Positions 21,262 to 31,813 are shown, counted from the stretch's first letter. The stretch is 64,000 bases of DNA from an uncultured Collinsella sp. (GCA_900545745.1 URAD01000001.1:12611-76610), one strand, 5' to 3'. Numbers and translations: made by a program. Notes: generated by a model not told the origin, from the sequence alone.

Positions 21262-22715
21262 CGAGCAATCGCCTTCTTAACGCACGCGACGAGCGTCGTT
21301 GCCGCCGTCTCGATATCGCGGTCACCCACGAGCGTGCGCACGTCAAACAAAATGCGATCGTGCGAGGTTCGTGTGACGACCGGCGTGTCGAAGTCCTGGA
21401 CAAGCGAGCGCTTAAGCGCGTCGACCGTCAGGCGCTCGTCAACAAGGCGCACGGCAACGCACATCGTGGGTAGCTCCATGGTAGGCAGCGAACCGCCACC
21501 GGGTGTCGAGGACTCCTCGACAATCTCCAACTCAACGGCGCACGGGCAACCGGCCTTATCGAGCCCGGCGACCATACAATCGCGCAGCTTACGGGCACGA
21601 CGCTCCAGATGAGCCTGCGGAAGCGTGAGCATGCTGAGCACCGGCACCTCGCGATGGGCAACATCGGCACCGTCCATGTAGATGCGAAGCGTGGCCTCAA
21701 GCGCCGTGAGCGCCAACTTGCCCGGACGCAGAGCACGCATAAGCGGATGCGACCCGCAGGCCTGGACCAGATCGCGACGACCCATGATAATGCCCGCCTG
21801 TGCGGCACCGAGCAGCTTATCGCCCGAACACGACACGATATCAAGCCCCGCCGCGACCGAGGTCGGCGTGGTCTCCTCGCCGCCGCGAACCAGGATATCG
21901 TCGGGCAGCAGCGCGCCAGACCCCTGGTCCTCGTAGAACAGCAGACCATGCTTGTGGGCCAGGGCGGCAAGCTCCCGAGAGCTCACTTCCTCGTGAAAAC
22001 CCTCGATGCGATAGTTGGAAGGATGGACCTTGAGGATCATGGCCGTTTCGGGCGTGATGGCGCGCTCGTAGTCGCTCAAATGCGTGCGGTTGGTGGCCCC
22101 GACCTCAACGAGCTTGGCACCCGAGGCCTCCATAACATCGGGGATACGGAAGCTGCCGCCGATCTCGACAAGCTCGCCGCGGCTGACGATAACCTCCTTG
22201 CCCGCAGCGTGAGTCGCCAGTACCAGCAGCACCGCGGCGGCATTGTTGTTGACCACGAGCGCGTCCTCGGCACCGGTGAGAGAGCGAATCAGCTGGGCAG
22301 CGTGCTCCTTGCGCGACCCACGCGAGCAGGTGTCCACGCTGTACTCGAGCGTGCTGTACCCGCGCGCGACCTCGGCCACGGCCTTGGCGGCCGACTCCGC
22401 GAGCGGGGCGCGACCCAAGTTGGTATGGATGACCACGCCCGTAGCGTTGACGGCGGGACGCAGGCTCGGCAGCGCGGAGCGGTGAGCACGCCACTCGATG
22501 GCCGAAGCCAGGTCGCGCTTAGAGCGCGGGGCGGCACCGGCGCGAATGGCGGCGCGCTCCTCGTCGAGCTCGGCCGTGACGGCGGCATGCACCACCGCGT
22601 CGCAGGTCTCCCCCGCCGCCTTCACCACCGGCCACTCGGCAAGCAGCTCGTTGACGGAAGGAATAGCGCGCAGGCGGGCGCGTACCTCATCAGACATGTT
22701 CTGGCTATCGCTCAT
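21258..22715 (-). CDS. selA: L-seryl-tRNA(Sec) selenium transferase SelA
   Basis: PLP-lysine region SGDKLLGAAQAGIIMGRRDLV. 485 aa. Sits upstream of selB. Confidence 0.9.
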   Translation of the reverse strand: MSDSQNMSDEVRARLRAIPSVNELLAEWPVVKAAGETCDAVVHAAVTAELDEERAAIRAGAAPRSKRDLASAIEWRAHRSALPSLRPAVNATGVVIHTNLGRAPLAESAAKAVAEVARGYSTLEYSVDTCSRGSRKEHAAQLIRSLTGAEDALVVNNNAAAVLLVLATHAAGKEVIVSRGELVEIGGSFRIPDVMEASGAKLVEVGATNRTHLSDYERAITPETAMILKVHPSNYRIEGFHEEVSSRELAALAHKHGLLFYEDQGSGALLPDDILVRGGEETTPTSVAAGLDIVSCSGDKLLGAAQAGIIMGRRDLVQACGSHPLMRALRPGKLALTALEATLRIYMDGADVAHREVPVLSMLTLPQAHLERRARKLRDCMVAGLDKAGCPCAVELEIVEESSTPGGGSLPTMELPTMCVAVRLVDERLTVDALKRSLVQDFDTPVVTRTSHDRILFDVRTLVGDRDIETAATTLVACVKKAIAR

Positions 22716-22767
22716 GTGCAGCCTTTCAAAAGAAACGTGGATCAGTCGAATACATCAGCTGAGTCAA

Positions 22768-24885
22768 TTACTCGTCATTATCCTCGCGCGCGACAATCTT
22801 TTCCACGCGAACGGCGTTTTCCTGGGTGAGCGCGGCGCCCGTCAACGGGTCCCAGCGCAGCGGCGTGTGGTCGAGCGGGCCAACGCCCAAGGCCTGCCGG
22901 CCACCAACCTCAGCACCGAATGCGCGTCCGCCGGGAGCGGCCGAGGTGAAGATGCACGCCGGATGCAGATAGGGCGTCGTCTCCACGCGCACGCGGTCGC
23001 GGCCCATGTCGCTCACAAGCTCGACGATCTCCCCGTCGGCGATGCCCATGCGCGCAGCAGCATCGGCATTCATCTGCACGGCATCCAGGTCCGATCCAGC
23101 CTCGGCGGCACCCTGGGCCGCAAGCCTGCGCGAGGTGTGCGACTCAAAGGGACGGTTACCGCTAATGAGGCGAAACATCCCCGGGCCAGGCTCCACCATG
23201 GGAGCGATCCAGTTGGGTACACGACCCATGCCGGCTCGTTCCCATACGTCGCTTGCCAGCGCAATCTTGCCGCCGGCAAGCGGAATCACCGGCTCACCCG
23301 TGCGCGTCGGCAGCGTTATGCCCGTATCGGCCCAGCCGCACTCCATGAGCTCGTCCAGATTGATCCCAAAAGGCGCCACCTGGGCAGCCGCCAGATCGTC
23401 AGACGTAAACTGGAAGTACTCGCCCACGCCACACGCCTGCGCCAGACCGGCAAAAATCTCCCGACCGGGACGTGTGTCGTCATGCTGCACAGGCAGCACG
23501 GCGTTGCGGTAGAACACGCGCGAATCGTTGGCGCCCACGACCATTCCCACGCCGCGGTCGGCCTCCAGATACGTCACGTCGGGCAGCACGAAGTCGGAAG
23601 CGCGCGCCGTCTCGGACCAGCGAATATCAATCGTCACGAGCAAGTCGAGCTGCTGCAAGATGCCCAACCAAGCCTGCGCATTGCCATAGCCCGCACCGGG
23701 GTTACTGGCATAGACGATGAGCCCACGCAAATCGCCGGCAAGAATCGACTGGCCGATGGTCGTGCACAGACCGCGCTCGGGGTCGACGAGCGGATAACGT
23801 TCGGACCCCAACTTGGGCTCACGTGGCATCGACGGCGTCGCGAAACGCGCAGGGTCCAAATCGCCCAACGCAAGCGGTGTGGGCGGGTTGAGGGCACCGC
23901 CCGCATGTCCGATGCAGCCCAGCAGCACATCGACCAAACAGATAGCGCGCGCGGTCTGGGTGCTATTGGCATACGCGATGCCGATGCCACCATGAAAGCC
24001 TGCATCCACCACAGCGGCAGGCGCGGCGGCAGCTAGCTCGCGCGCCGTGGCGACAATCTCTGCGGCCGGCACGTCGCACATCGACTCGGCCCACTCGGGC
24101 GTCCAAGCACTGGCCGCCTGCGCCAGCTCGTCAAACCCCGTGGTATAGCGGGCAACAAACTCGTGATCGTACAGGTCCTCGGCAATCAACACGTGGACAA
24201 TACCCAACAGCAGCGCCAAGTCGCAGCCCGGGCGCACGCGGAGCCAGCGATCGGCAATAGCGGCCGAACCGCTGCGCCGGGGGTCGACCACGATAATCTT
24301 AGCCCCACGTCGACGGGCATCGTTGAGCGCATCAACGGCCCCCATCGTCGACGAATCGACAATGGAACGCCCCAAATACATGATGCAATCGGTATGCGCC
24401 AGGTCGGAGGCGGGACTATAGCCCAAGCTATGCTCCCAACCGGTGAGACGGCTTACCTCGCAGGCACCATCGGCGCCGTACACGTTGGGCGAACCCAGCG
24501 CGTGCATAAGACGATAGGCCCAGTAGCGGTCGAACGAGGGCACGCCGAGTGTCATGCCCAGCGCACGAGGCCCGCACTCGTCAACAATCCCCAAAAGACG
24601 CTCGGCAATCTGAGCAAACGCCTCGTCCCAGGTAATCGCATCGAACCCCGAGCCATCAGCTCGTCGGCGCATGGGGTGCAAAATCCGGTCGCGCTCGTCA
24701 AACGGCATTGCCAGGCGATGCCGTCCGCGGGCGCACAGGGCACGCGCCGCGCACGGATGCCCCGGCACCGGCAACTCGGCCACCACGCGACCGTCCTCAA
24801 CGCGTGCCGCAAAGGCGCAATCGGCATAACATCCCCCGCATGTGGTCACCACGGCGCGACCGTCACGCTTCACAGCAGATGCCAT
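22768..24885 (-). CDS. molybdopterin (bis-MGD) oxidoreductase, Fdh/Nap-like, Cys-type, no Tat signal
   Basis: N-terminal C-x2-C-x3-C Fe-S motif (TCGGCYADC), MopB-family domains and a candidate Mo-ligand Cys (GADGACEVS). No in-frame TGA. Start at MASAVKRDG (24885). Confidence 0.7.
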   Translation of the reverse strand: MASAVKRDGRAVVTTCGGCYADCAFAARVEDGRVVAELPVPGHPCAARALCARGRHRLAMPFDERDRILHPMRRRADGSGFDAITWDEAFAQIAERLLGIVDECGPRALGMTLGVPSFDRYWAYRLMHALGSPNVYGADGACEVSRLTGWEHSLGYSPASDLAHTDCIMYLGRSIVDSSTMGAVDALNDARRRGAKIIVVDPRRSGSAAIADRWLRVRPGCDLALLLGIVHVLIAEDLYDHEFVARYTTGFDELAQAASAWTPEWAESMCDVPAAEIVATARELAAAAPAAVVDAGFHGGIGIAYANSTQTARAICLVDVLLGCIGHAGGALNPPTPLALGDLDPARFATPSMPREPKLGSERYPLVDPERGLCTTIGQSILAGDLRGLIVYASNPGAGYGNAQAWLGILQQLDLLVTIDIRWSETARASDFVLPDVTYLEADRGVGMVVGANDSRVFYRNAVLPVQHDDTRPGREIFAGLAQACGVGEYFQFTSDDLAAAQVAPFGINLDELMECGWADTGITLPTRTGEPVIPLAGGKIALASDVWERAGMGRVPNWIAPMVEPGPGMFRLISGNRPFESHTSRRLAAQGAAEAGSDLDAVQMNADAAARMGIADGEIVELVSDMGRDRVRVETTPYLHPACIFTSAAPGGRAFGAEVGGRQALGVGPLDHTPLRWDPLTGAALTQENAVRVEKIVAREDNDE

Positions 24886-25007
24886 CTCGATTACCCCTTT
24901 CATCAGCCAAACACAACAGACCAAAAGCCCGGCAACGAGCCCCAGACCCAAAAAGCCTCCCGCACGGCAACGCCCCGCGGGAGGCCCAACGTCAAACAGA
25001 CGGTACT

Positions 25008-25847
25008 TTACGCCTCGGACTTCTTGGCGTAGATAAACCAGTAGCCGAGCGCGATCAGAACAGCACCGCCCACAATGTTGCCCAGCGTGGCGGCGGACAG
25101 ATTAAACGCAATACCCGCGACGTTGAGCGAATCGGCCCCGGCAACCTTGGCACCATAGCCGCATGCATGCATCACGGCACCCATGGGCAAAAAGTACATG
25201 TTGGCAACGCAGTGCTCAAAACCGCAGGCCACAAAGGCGGCGATGGGCAGCAAAATGCCCACAACCTTATCGACCACGGTCTTGCCCGCAGTACCGATCC
25301 ACACGGCCAGGCACACAAAGATGTTGCACAGGATGCCGCGGAAGAAGATCGTCACCCAGTCGATCGTCACCTTGCCGGCGGCGACGCTCACCATGGAATT
25401 GGCGACCGCCTCGCCGTTGAGCTTGTAAATGCCGGCCATGTACACCAAAAAGACGATGAACAGAGCACCGACAAAGTTACCGACCCATACGACGACCCAA
25501 GCCTTGAGCATCTGGACCAGGGTGATCTTTTTGCTCTTGAGCGCGCAGACCATAAGTGAGTTGCCGGTGAACAACTCGGCGCCACACACCAGTACCAGCA
25601 CCAGGCCCAGGCAAAAGCACAGGCCGCCCACGACGCGCTGGGCGCCCCAGCCCAGCGTGCTATCGCTCAAAAACACGGTAAAGAACAGACCGCCGAAGGC
25701 GATAAACGCGCCGGCGAACATTGCCAACAGAAAGGCCTTTGCGACCGGCAGTTTGGCCTTGGTCACGCCGGCGGCCTCGGTCTTGGCCTCGATCGCGGCG
25801 GGCGTCAGGCAATCGGGAGCGGGATATTCTGCCTTGGAATCTGCCAT
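25008..25847 (-). CDS. focA: formate/nitrite transporter family channel (FocA-like)
   Basis: FNT family: LAMFAGAFIAFGGLFF plus multiple TM segments. It lies between the FHL operon and the bis-MGD enzyme. Confidence 0.75.
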   Translation of the reverse strand: MADSKAEYPAPDCLTPAAIEAKTEAAGVTKAKLPVAKAFLLAMFAGAFIAFGGLFFTVFLSDSTLGWGAQRVVGGLCFCLGLVLVLVCGAELFTGNSLMVCALKSKKITLVQMLKAWVVVWVGNFVGALFIVFLVYMAGIYKLNGEAVANSMVSVAAGKVTIDWVTIFFRGILCNIFVCLAVWIGTAGKTVVDKVVGILLPIAAFVACGFEHCVANMYFLPMGAVMHACGYGAKVAGADSLNVAGIAFNLSAATLGNIVGGAVLIALGYWFIYAKKSEA

Positions 25848-25886
25848 GTCAATCACTTCTTTCCTAATCAGCAGGGGCAAGCGCTG

Positions 25887-26390
25887 TTACAGCTCCTGCC
25901 CCAAGCGGACAAAGCGGGAAAAGTCGTTGGCGGCCACGGCGTCGTACACGGCGTCGACGGCCTCAAAGACCTCCGGGGACATAGGGTTGTAAAACTCCGT
26001 ATCGCCCGGCTGAATCCCTATGAAGACGATATCTTCGCACGATTGCTCGATTTCCTCGATCAGAATCGACAAAGGGAGCGAATGCGTGGTGAACATCGAC
26101 TTGCGGGCCACATCGCGCTTATCGAGCAGGCGGATAGACCCAACGGGCAGCGCCATGTCGGCGGCATCGACCAAAACCAAACGCGGCGGACGCTCGCGCT
26201 TGACCTCGATGATGTCGTCCTCGGGCGTTTGCCCGCCGTCGATGGTGTACCAACCGGCGATGGGCGCGTCCTCCATCTTTTTGGAGAGCACGGGGCCGGC
26301 GGCATCGTCGGCACGCAGCACGCTTCCCGCCGTGAGCACAATGCCCGCAAAGGGAGCACCGTACACGCGGCCATCCACAACGCGACCCAT
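25887..26390 (-). CDS. hycI: hydrogenase maturation endopeptidase (HycI/HyaD family)
   Basis: GIVLTAGSVLRADDAAGPVL...LVLVDAADM matches the HycI-type protease pattern. It is the last gene of the FHL operon. Confidence 0.7.
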   Translation of the reverse strand: MGRVVDGRVYGAPFAGIVLTAGSVLRADDAAGPVLSKKMEDAPIAGWYTIDGGQTPEDDIIEVKRERPPRLVLVDAADMALPVGSIRLLDKRDVARKSMFTTHSLPLSILIEEIEQSCEDIVFIGIQPGDTEFYNPMSPEVFEAVDAVYDAVAANDFSRFVRLGQEL

Positions 26391-26971
26391 TACTGCAACC
26401 TTCCCGTCAGATACACGCCCGACACATCGCGCACGCGCTCAACCAGATTGCGGAACTTCATCAGAAACGCGACCTGCTGGGCATGCAGGCCAAAGTCGTC
26501 GTCGAACACCGAGATGCCGGCCTTGGCAGAACCGCGAAAACCGCGCTCGTCGAGCAGTGCATCGCAGGCCTCGAGCAGCGACGGCACCGCCGCCTTGTCG
26601 AGCTGGCACTCGCCAAAGGAGCGGATGGCCTCGAACTTGGTCTTGGCCTCCCCCTCCGGCAGCGCGTCGACGAGCGAATAGAAGACATCCACCGGCACCG
26701 ACAGGCGCGGCTCAAAGCAGTCGAGCACGCCGGTGTGGTGGCCCACGGCGAGCGTGTAGTACAGCACGTCGCAGGCCTCCTGGGGAACGTCTTCCTCGGT
26801 CTCCACAAACTTGCGCGTGAGCTCATAGAAGACCACCTGGTCGGGCGCATGGCCCAGGCAGGGGTCGGCGACGCCCTCGGCGGCCTCGTCGCTTGCGCGC
26901 AAGGCATCGCCAAAGGAGCCGCCGAGCATGCCGGGACCCGCAAAGTAACCAGAGCGGTCCGTGAGTTCCAT
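26390..26971 (-). CDS. hycH: formate hydrogenlyase maturation protein HycH/HyfJ
   Basis: VVFYELTRKFVETEEDVPQEACDVLYYTLAVGHHTGVLDCFE is collinear with E. coli HycH (VVFSQLSRKFIDE...VVYYSLAIGHHLGVIDCLE). Confidence 0.7.
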   Translation of the reverse strand: MELTDRSGYFAGPGMLGGSFGDALRASDEAAEGVADPCLGHAPDQVVFYELTRKFVETEEDVPQEACDVLYYTLAVGHHTGVLDCFEPRLSVPVDVFYSLVDALPEGEAKTKFEAIRSFGECQLDKAAVPSLLEACDALLDERGFRGSAKAGISVFDDDFGLHAQQVAFLMKFRNLVERVRDVSGVYLTGRLQ

Positions 26972-27754
26972 CTAGCGACCTCCGGCCAGCACCAGATCCT
27001 GCAGCGCCGAGTAGACCTCAACGCGGCGCGGATCTTCCTGCTTGTCGATGAGCAGCGCCATGGCACCGCGGATATCGCCCTTGGGTGCACCCTCGAGCGT
27101 ATCCATAAACTCATTGGCCAAATCGCGGCCATAACGGTAGCCGCTCATGGCGCGAGCCTCGCGCTCGATGGCAACGCGCAGCTTGTACGGCACGCCGGGG
27201 TGCAGGATATCGGCCTGCTCGCCGGCGGCCTCCACCGTGGTCTCGGCATGGAGCTTTTGGTCCAGCAGACCGAGCGCCATGGCAAAGCCGTAGATGGTCT
27301 GCGCGGGGCTGGGCGGGCAGCCGGGGATGTAGACATCGACCGGCAGAATCTTGTCCGTGCCGCCCCAGACGCAGTAGTTGTCGTAGAAGATGCCGCCGGT
27401 GCAGCCGCACGCGCCATAGGACACCACGATCTTGGGATCGGGTGCAGCCTCAAAGGCGCGCAGGGCCGGCATGCGCATGGCACGCGTCACGGCGCCGGTG
27501 TACAGCAGCACATCGGCGTGACGGGGCGAGGGCACGACCTTGATGCCAAAGCGCTCGACGTCGAAGACGGGCGTGATGGAACCGAAGATCTCGATCTCGC
27601 AGCCGTTGCAGCCACCGCAGTCAACACGGTAGACGTACACCGAGCGCTTGATCTTCTTAAGAAGGGTCGCCTTGGCCTTCTCGATGCTCTCGTCGAGCTC
27701 GATCTTGGTCGGGCGGTACTGGAGCCGCTCGGGCAAAAGCGTGGGTTCGGCCAT
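26972..27754 (-). CDS. hycG: [NiFe] hydrogenase small subunit, NuoB-like (HycG/HyfI)
   Basis: [12 protein letters not shown]...[10 protein letters not shown]...PGCPP are the NuoB-type 4Fe-4S ligands. Confidence 0.9.
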   Translation of the reverse strand: MAEPTLLPERLQYRPTKIELDESIEKAKATLLKKIKRSVYVYRVDCGGCNGCEIEIFGSITPVFDVERFGIKVVPSPRHADVLLYTGAVTRAMRMPALRAFEAAPDPKIVVSYGACGCTGGIFYDNYCVWGGTDKILPVDVYIPGCPPSPAQTIYGFAMALGLLDQKLHAETTVEAAGEQADILHPGVPYKLRVAIEREARAMSGYRYGRDLANEFMDTLEGAPKGDIRGAMALLIDKQEDPRRVEVYSALQDLVLAGGR

Positions 27755-27756
27755 GG

Positions 27757-28473
27757 TTACTCCTCCTTCGTTTCAAAATCCATGATGATGCCCTCGACCG
27801 GCGCCGGGCCGGCGGGAATCTCGGGCGCATCGGGGTTGAGCTCGCGGTCGATATACTCCGGGTTCACGCCGTGGCCGCCCAGATACTCCATGCCGGGGCC
27901 CTGGGGCTCGCCGGACGCAAGCGTCTCGTTGGCAGCCATGCCGTGCGCGTTACCGGTCTTTACGGCCGAGGCGGCGCGCAGGGCGTCGAGCTCGCGCTTG
28001 CACTCCTGACACATACCGACGGTACGGGCGGCCTGCTCGGCCTCCATTCCGCCGGTCTTTTGCAGCAGGCGCTTGGCGTAGTCGATCTCCTTGTGCGGGG
28101 CAAACGGCTTGCCGCAACGCGAGCAGTGCTCGAGCGTGTAGACGCTCTTGCTGGTGAGGTCGTCCTTGCTCATGACGGCCAGCTCAAACTCCTCGGTGAG
28201 CTTGATGGCCTCCATGGGGCAGGCTTCCTCGCAACGGCCGCAAAAGATGCAGCGGCCGTAGTCGATCGACCAGGTGATGGTGTCGGCCGCAAGGTCGGTG
28301 TCCATGCGAATGGCATCGGCCGGGCACGCCACGCCGCAGGCACCGCAGGCGATACAGAGCTCGGCGTTGTGCTCGGGCTTGCCGCGCATGTCCTTGTTGG
28401 TGGGGAACGGCGCAAACGGGTACTTGACCGTCGCGTCGCCGGCCTTGGCGTTAACCTTCCAAAGCTTCAGCAT
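27757..28473 (-). CDS. hycF: formate hydrogenlyase 4Fe-4S subunit, NuoI-like (HycF/HyfH) with C-terminal extension
   Basis: [12 protein letters not shown] and [12 protein letters not shown]. Collinear with E. coli HycF. The start at 28473 overlaps the hycE stop. Confidence 0.85.
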   Translation of the reverse strand: MLKLWKVNAKAGDATVKYPFAPFPTNKDMRGKPEHNAELCIACGACGVACPADAIRMDTDLAADTITWSIDYGRCIFCGRCEEACPMEAIKLTEEFELAVMSKDDLTSKSVYTLEHCSRCGKPFAPHKEIDYAKRLLQKTGGMEAEQAARTVGMCQECKRELDALRAASAVKTGNAHGMAANETLASGEPQGPGMEYLGGHGVNPEYIDRELNPDAPEIPAGPAPVEGIIMDFETKEE

Positions 28474-28474
28474 A

Positions 28475-30247
28475 TTAGAGCGCCTCCTCATCGAGCGGAG
28501 CGGCCATGGTGCCCTCGCCCGCAAGCGGCGACTTGTCGCGCCAGACGTTCTCGAACTGCTCCTTGTCGAGCACGTGGTCGCGCTTGGCGGCGACATCGGT
28601 CACCGTCACGCGGTCGGTGCAGGAGTAGCACGGGTCGAGCGAGCCGACGATCAGCGCCGCGTCGCCCACGGTGTTGCCGCGGAACATGTAGCGCAGGACC
28701 GGCCAGTTGCTGTACGTGGCGGCCTTGGCGCGCCAGCGGTAGCACTTCTGGTTGTTGCCGAGCATGGCCCAGTGCACGTCCTCGCCGCGCGGCGCCTCGG
28801 TGGCGCCGATAGCGTACTTGTGCGGGGTGTACTCCCAATCCGTGGTGAGGATGGGGCCCGACGGGCAGTTCTCGAGCATGGTCTCGATCATGTCGATCGA
28901 ATCGTAGACCTCCTGGATGCGAACGGCGGTACGGCCGAAGGCATCGCAGGTGTCGGCCGTAGCGGCATGCATCTTTTGGACGTCCGGATCGGCGTAGCCG
29001 TCGAAGGGGTGGTCAAAGCGCACGTCGCGGGCATAGCCCGAGCCACGCATGAGCGGGCCGACCGGCGAGAAGTCGCGTGCGATCTTGCGGTCCAGAATGC
29101 CGATACCGCTCGTACGCTCAATGAAGTTGGGCGTGGAGAGCAAGACGTCGACGAGCTCCTGAACCTCGGAGCGCAGCTGGTGGATGGTCGTGAGCGTGGA
29201 GAGCTTCTGCTCGGCCAAAATGTCGCGACGCACGCCGCCGATCACGTTAAGGCCGTAGGTCTTGCGGTGACCGGAGAGCTTCTCGGCCAGGTCCATGGAC
29301 TTCTCGCGGACGCGGAAGAACTGTTGGAAGCCGGAGTCGAAGCCCGTGTAGTGCGACGCCAGGCCAATGTTGAGCAGATGCGAGTGCAGGCGCTCGACCT
29401 CGAGCATGATAGCGCGGATGTACTGGGCGCGCGGCGGGACATGAATGCCCTGGGCGCGCTCGACGGCCTCGGCGTAGGCCACCGAGTGGGCGCAGCCGCA
29501 GATGCCGCAGATGCGGTCGGCGAGGAACGTCACGGCGTCATAGTTCAGGCGCGTCTCGGCGACCTTCTCCATGCCGCGGTGCACGTAGAACAGACGGTAA
29601 TCGGCGTCGACGATCGTCTCGCCCTCGACGAACAGGCGGAAGTGGCCGGGCTCGTCGGAGGTGATGTGCAGCGGTCCCATGGGGACGAGCGTCGTCTCCT
29701 TGCCCTTGGTATCGGCCAAGAACTCGTAGTTTTCCATGTCGCTCGCGGGAGCGGGACGGAAGCGGTAGTCCATGGAGTCCTTGCGCAGCGGATACAGGCC
29801 GCTGGGCCAATCGTCGGGCAGCACCAGGCGGCGACGATCGGGCAGGCCCTCGGGAATCAGGCCGAACATGTCGCGCAGCTCGCGCTCGCCCCACACGCAG
29901 GCGGGGACGAACGGCGTCACGGACGGGAACGTCATCTTGGCGGGATCGACCTCGGTGCGCACGGTCACCCAGCCGGGGTCCTCCCCCTCCATGGAGATGA
30001 CGTAGTACACGGCGTAGCGACCGCACAGACTGCGCTCGTCGTTGCCGATAATCACGGGAATCCAGCCGTAGCGCTCGTAATACAGGTAATGGACGGCCTC
30101 GGGCAGCTTGTCCTGCTTGACGGTAATCGTCAGCTGGTCCTCGCACTGCCACTCGACCTTCTCGATGCAGCCCGGAACGGCGCGGCGCAGGGCCTCGACA
30201 TGGCTCTCGCAGCGACGGGCATACACCTTGTTCTCAGTTTCAATCAT
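28475..30247 (-). CDS. hycE: [NiFe] hydrogenase large subunit, group 4 (HycE/HyfG; NuoC-NuoD fusion)
   Basis: N-terminal RICGICG... and C-terminal DPCYSCTDR Ni-Fe ligand motifs. A C-terminal tail follows for HycI processing. Confidence 0.9.
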   Translation of the reverse strand: MIETENKVYARRCESHVEALRRAVPGCIEKVEWQCEDQLTITVKQDKLPEAVHYLYYERYGWIPVIIGNDERSLCGRYAVYYVISMEGEDPGWVTVRTEVDPAKMTFPSVTPFVPACVWGERELRDMFGLIPEGLPDRRRLVLPDDWPSGLYPLRKDSMDYRFRPAPASDMENYEFLADTKGKETTLVPMGPLHITSDEPGHFRLFVEGETIVDADYRLFYVHRGMEKVAETRLNYDAVTFLADRICGICGCAHSVAYAEAVERAQGIHVPPRAQYIRAIMLEVERLHSHLLNIGLASHYTGFDSGFQQFFRVREKSMDLAEKLSGHRKTYGLNVIGGVRRDILAEQKLSTLTTIHQLRSEVQELVDVLLSTPNFIERTSGIGILDRKIARDFSPVGPLMRGSGYARDVRFDHPFDGYADPDVQKMHAATADTCDAFGRTAVRIQEVYDSIDMIETMLENCPSGPILTTDWEYTPHKYAIGATEAPRGEDVHWAMLGNNQKCYRWRAKAATYSNWPVLRYMFRGNTVGDAALIVGSLDPCYSCTDRVTVTDVAAKRDHVLDKEQFENVWRDKSPLAGEGTMAAPLDEEAL

Positions 30248-30250
30248 TCG

Positions 30251-31810
30251 TTACTCCACCTCGCTCTGAGCGGTCTCGGTACCGAACACAGCGCGGTACA
30301 TCGGCGTCGCGTGAAGTTCCTCGGTGCTCTGCTCGAGCACGATGCCGGTCGCGGTCTCCACACCGTGCACGAGGGGCAGCGGGGTGGCGATGCCAAACCA
30401 CAAGATCATGACAGCCAGGATGATTTCGGGGATAAGCATGAGCACCGGGGCCTCATGCTTATCCATGCCCTGGGGCGCATGGCCGAATACCGACTTGAGT
30501 GCGATGCGGGTGAGCGCGGAGATGGCCACGGTAAGACCGAGGGCAACCACGACGACCAACCACATGGGACCGGCGGTAACACCGGCGACAAAGGTCAGGA
30601 ACTCGGAGATAAACATGCCAAAGGGCGGGAAGGCACCAAGACCGAGCAGCGCCAGGACGGCGAGCGCGGCGGTTGCGGGGGCAACCTCGACGACGCCCTG
30701 GATCTTGGCCAGGCTACGCGTGCCAAAGGCGTGCTGGATGTTGCCGGACACGCAGAAGGCAAGCGTCTTGGTAAAGCCGTGGAACACGCAGTGCAGCAGG
30801 GCCGCGGCGATACCCAGCGGGCCACCGATACCCAGGCACAGGGCGATAACGCCCACGTTCTCCACAGACGAGTACGCAAAGCGGCGCTTGAGGTCGTCCT
30901 GGCGAAACATCGAAAGTGCCGCCACCAAAATGGACAGCGTGCCGACGATCAGCAGCAAAAGTTGCGGATACTCGGCGCCCACGGCCTGGATGGTAAAGCC
31001 GTAGAAGCGCATGATCACAAGCATGGCGCACTTAAGCAGCACGCCCGAGAGCAGGGCCGAGACAGGGCTCGGGGCCTGGGAGTGGGCATCGGGCAGCCAA
31101 GTGTGCATGGGGAACAGGCCGGCCTTGGTGCCAAAGCCGATCACGACAAACGCAAAGGCGAGGCGCATGAGCGTCGGGTCGAACTGGTCGGCATACGGCA
31201 GCACGCACGACAGGAATGCGGCCTCGTGGGCGTTGGGAATCACGTCGGCGGCGTTGGCGTAGATCAGCAGCGTGCCGAACAGGCCGAAGGCCACGCCGGC
31301 GGTGCAGACCATCGCATACTTCCAAGAAGCCTCGAGGGCCGTCTTGTTCTTGTAGATACCCACGAGGAACACGGTGGAAAGCGTGGTTGCCTCCACGGCG
31401 GCCCACGTGAGGATCATGTTGTTGGACAGGCACGCGAGCAGCATGGTGAACACAAAAAGGCTAAACAGCGCAAAATACTGCTTGGCGCGCTCGGCGGGCA
31501 TGGAGCCCTCCTCGATATCGGCCTTTACATAGGGCAGCGAGAACAGCCCCGTAAGAAAACCGATAAAGCCGATGAGCAGCACAAAGATGGCGCCCAGCGA
31601 ATCGAGGTGGAACCACAGGCCAAGAGCGCTCGCGGTTTCGCCGCTCGTAAGGACGTCACCGGCCGTCATAATCGACAGCACCAGTACGGCTGCGACGGAG
31701 ACCAGGTTGAGACCGGCAAATACGTTATAGGACGTATTCTTGGGCAAAAACGCCATGACCAGCGAGAACACCAAAGGAGTCGCGAGCAGGGCGAGAATCA
31801 ACGTTTCCAT
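30251..31810 (-). CDS. hyfF: hydrogenase-4 membrane subunit F (NuoN/M-like antiporter module)
   Basis: 519-aa polytopic NuoN-like protein. Position and size match E. coli HyfF (526 aa). Confidence 0.8.
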   Translation of the reverse strand: METLILALLATPLVFSLVMAFLPKNTSYNVFAGLNLVSVAAVLVLSIMTAGDVLTSGETASALGLWFHLDSLGAIFVLLIGFIGFLTGLFSLPYVKADIEEGSMPAERAKQYFALFSLFVFTMLLACLSNNMILTWAAVEATTLSTVFLVGIYKNKTALEASWKYAMVCTAGVAFGLFGTLLIYANAADVIPNAHEAAFLSCVLPYADQFDPTLMRLAFAFVVIGFGTKAGLFPMHTWLPDAHSQAPSPVSALLSGVLLKCAMLVIMRFYGFTIQAVGAEYPQLLLLIVGTLSILVAALSMFRQDDLKRRFAYSSVENVGVIALCLGIGGPLGIAAALLHCVFHGFTKTLAFCVSGNIQHAFGTRSLAKIQGVVEVAPATAALAVLALLGLGAFPPFGMFISEFLTFVAGVTAGPMWLVVVVALGLTVAISALTRIALKSVFGHAPQGMDKHEAPVLMLIPEIILAVMILWFGIATPLPLVHGVETATGIVLEQSTEELHATPMYRAVFGTETAQSEVE

Positions 31811-31813
31811 GGA

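Noticed and set aside
19471-21612. 713-aa plus-strand ORF, and similar antisense ORFs across 8091-9605, 10328-11686, 13379-15094, 16221-17606, 21609-22829, 22498-24036, 62362-63870
   Set aside because: All are antisense to well-supported minus-strand genes (selB, clpX, tig, xdh, gdhA, selA, the bis-MGD oxidoreductase, MFS) and lack motifs.
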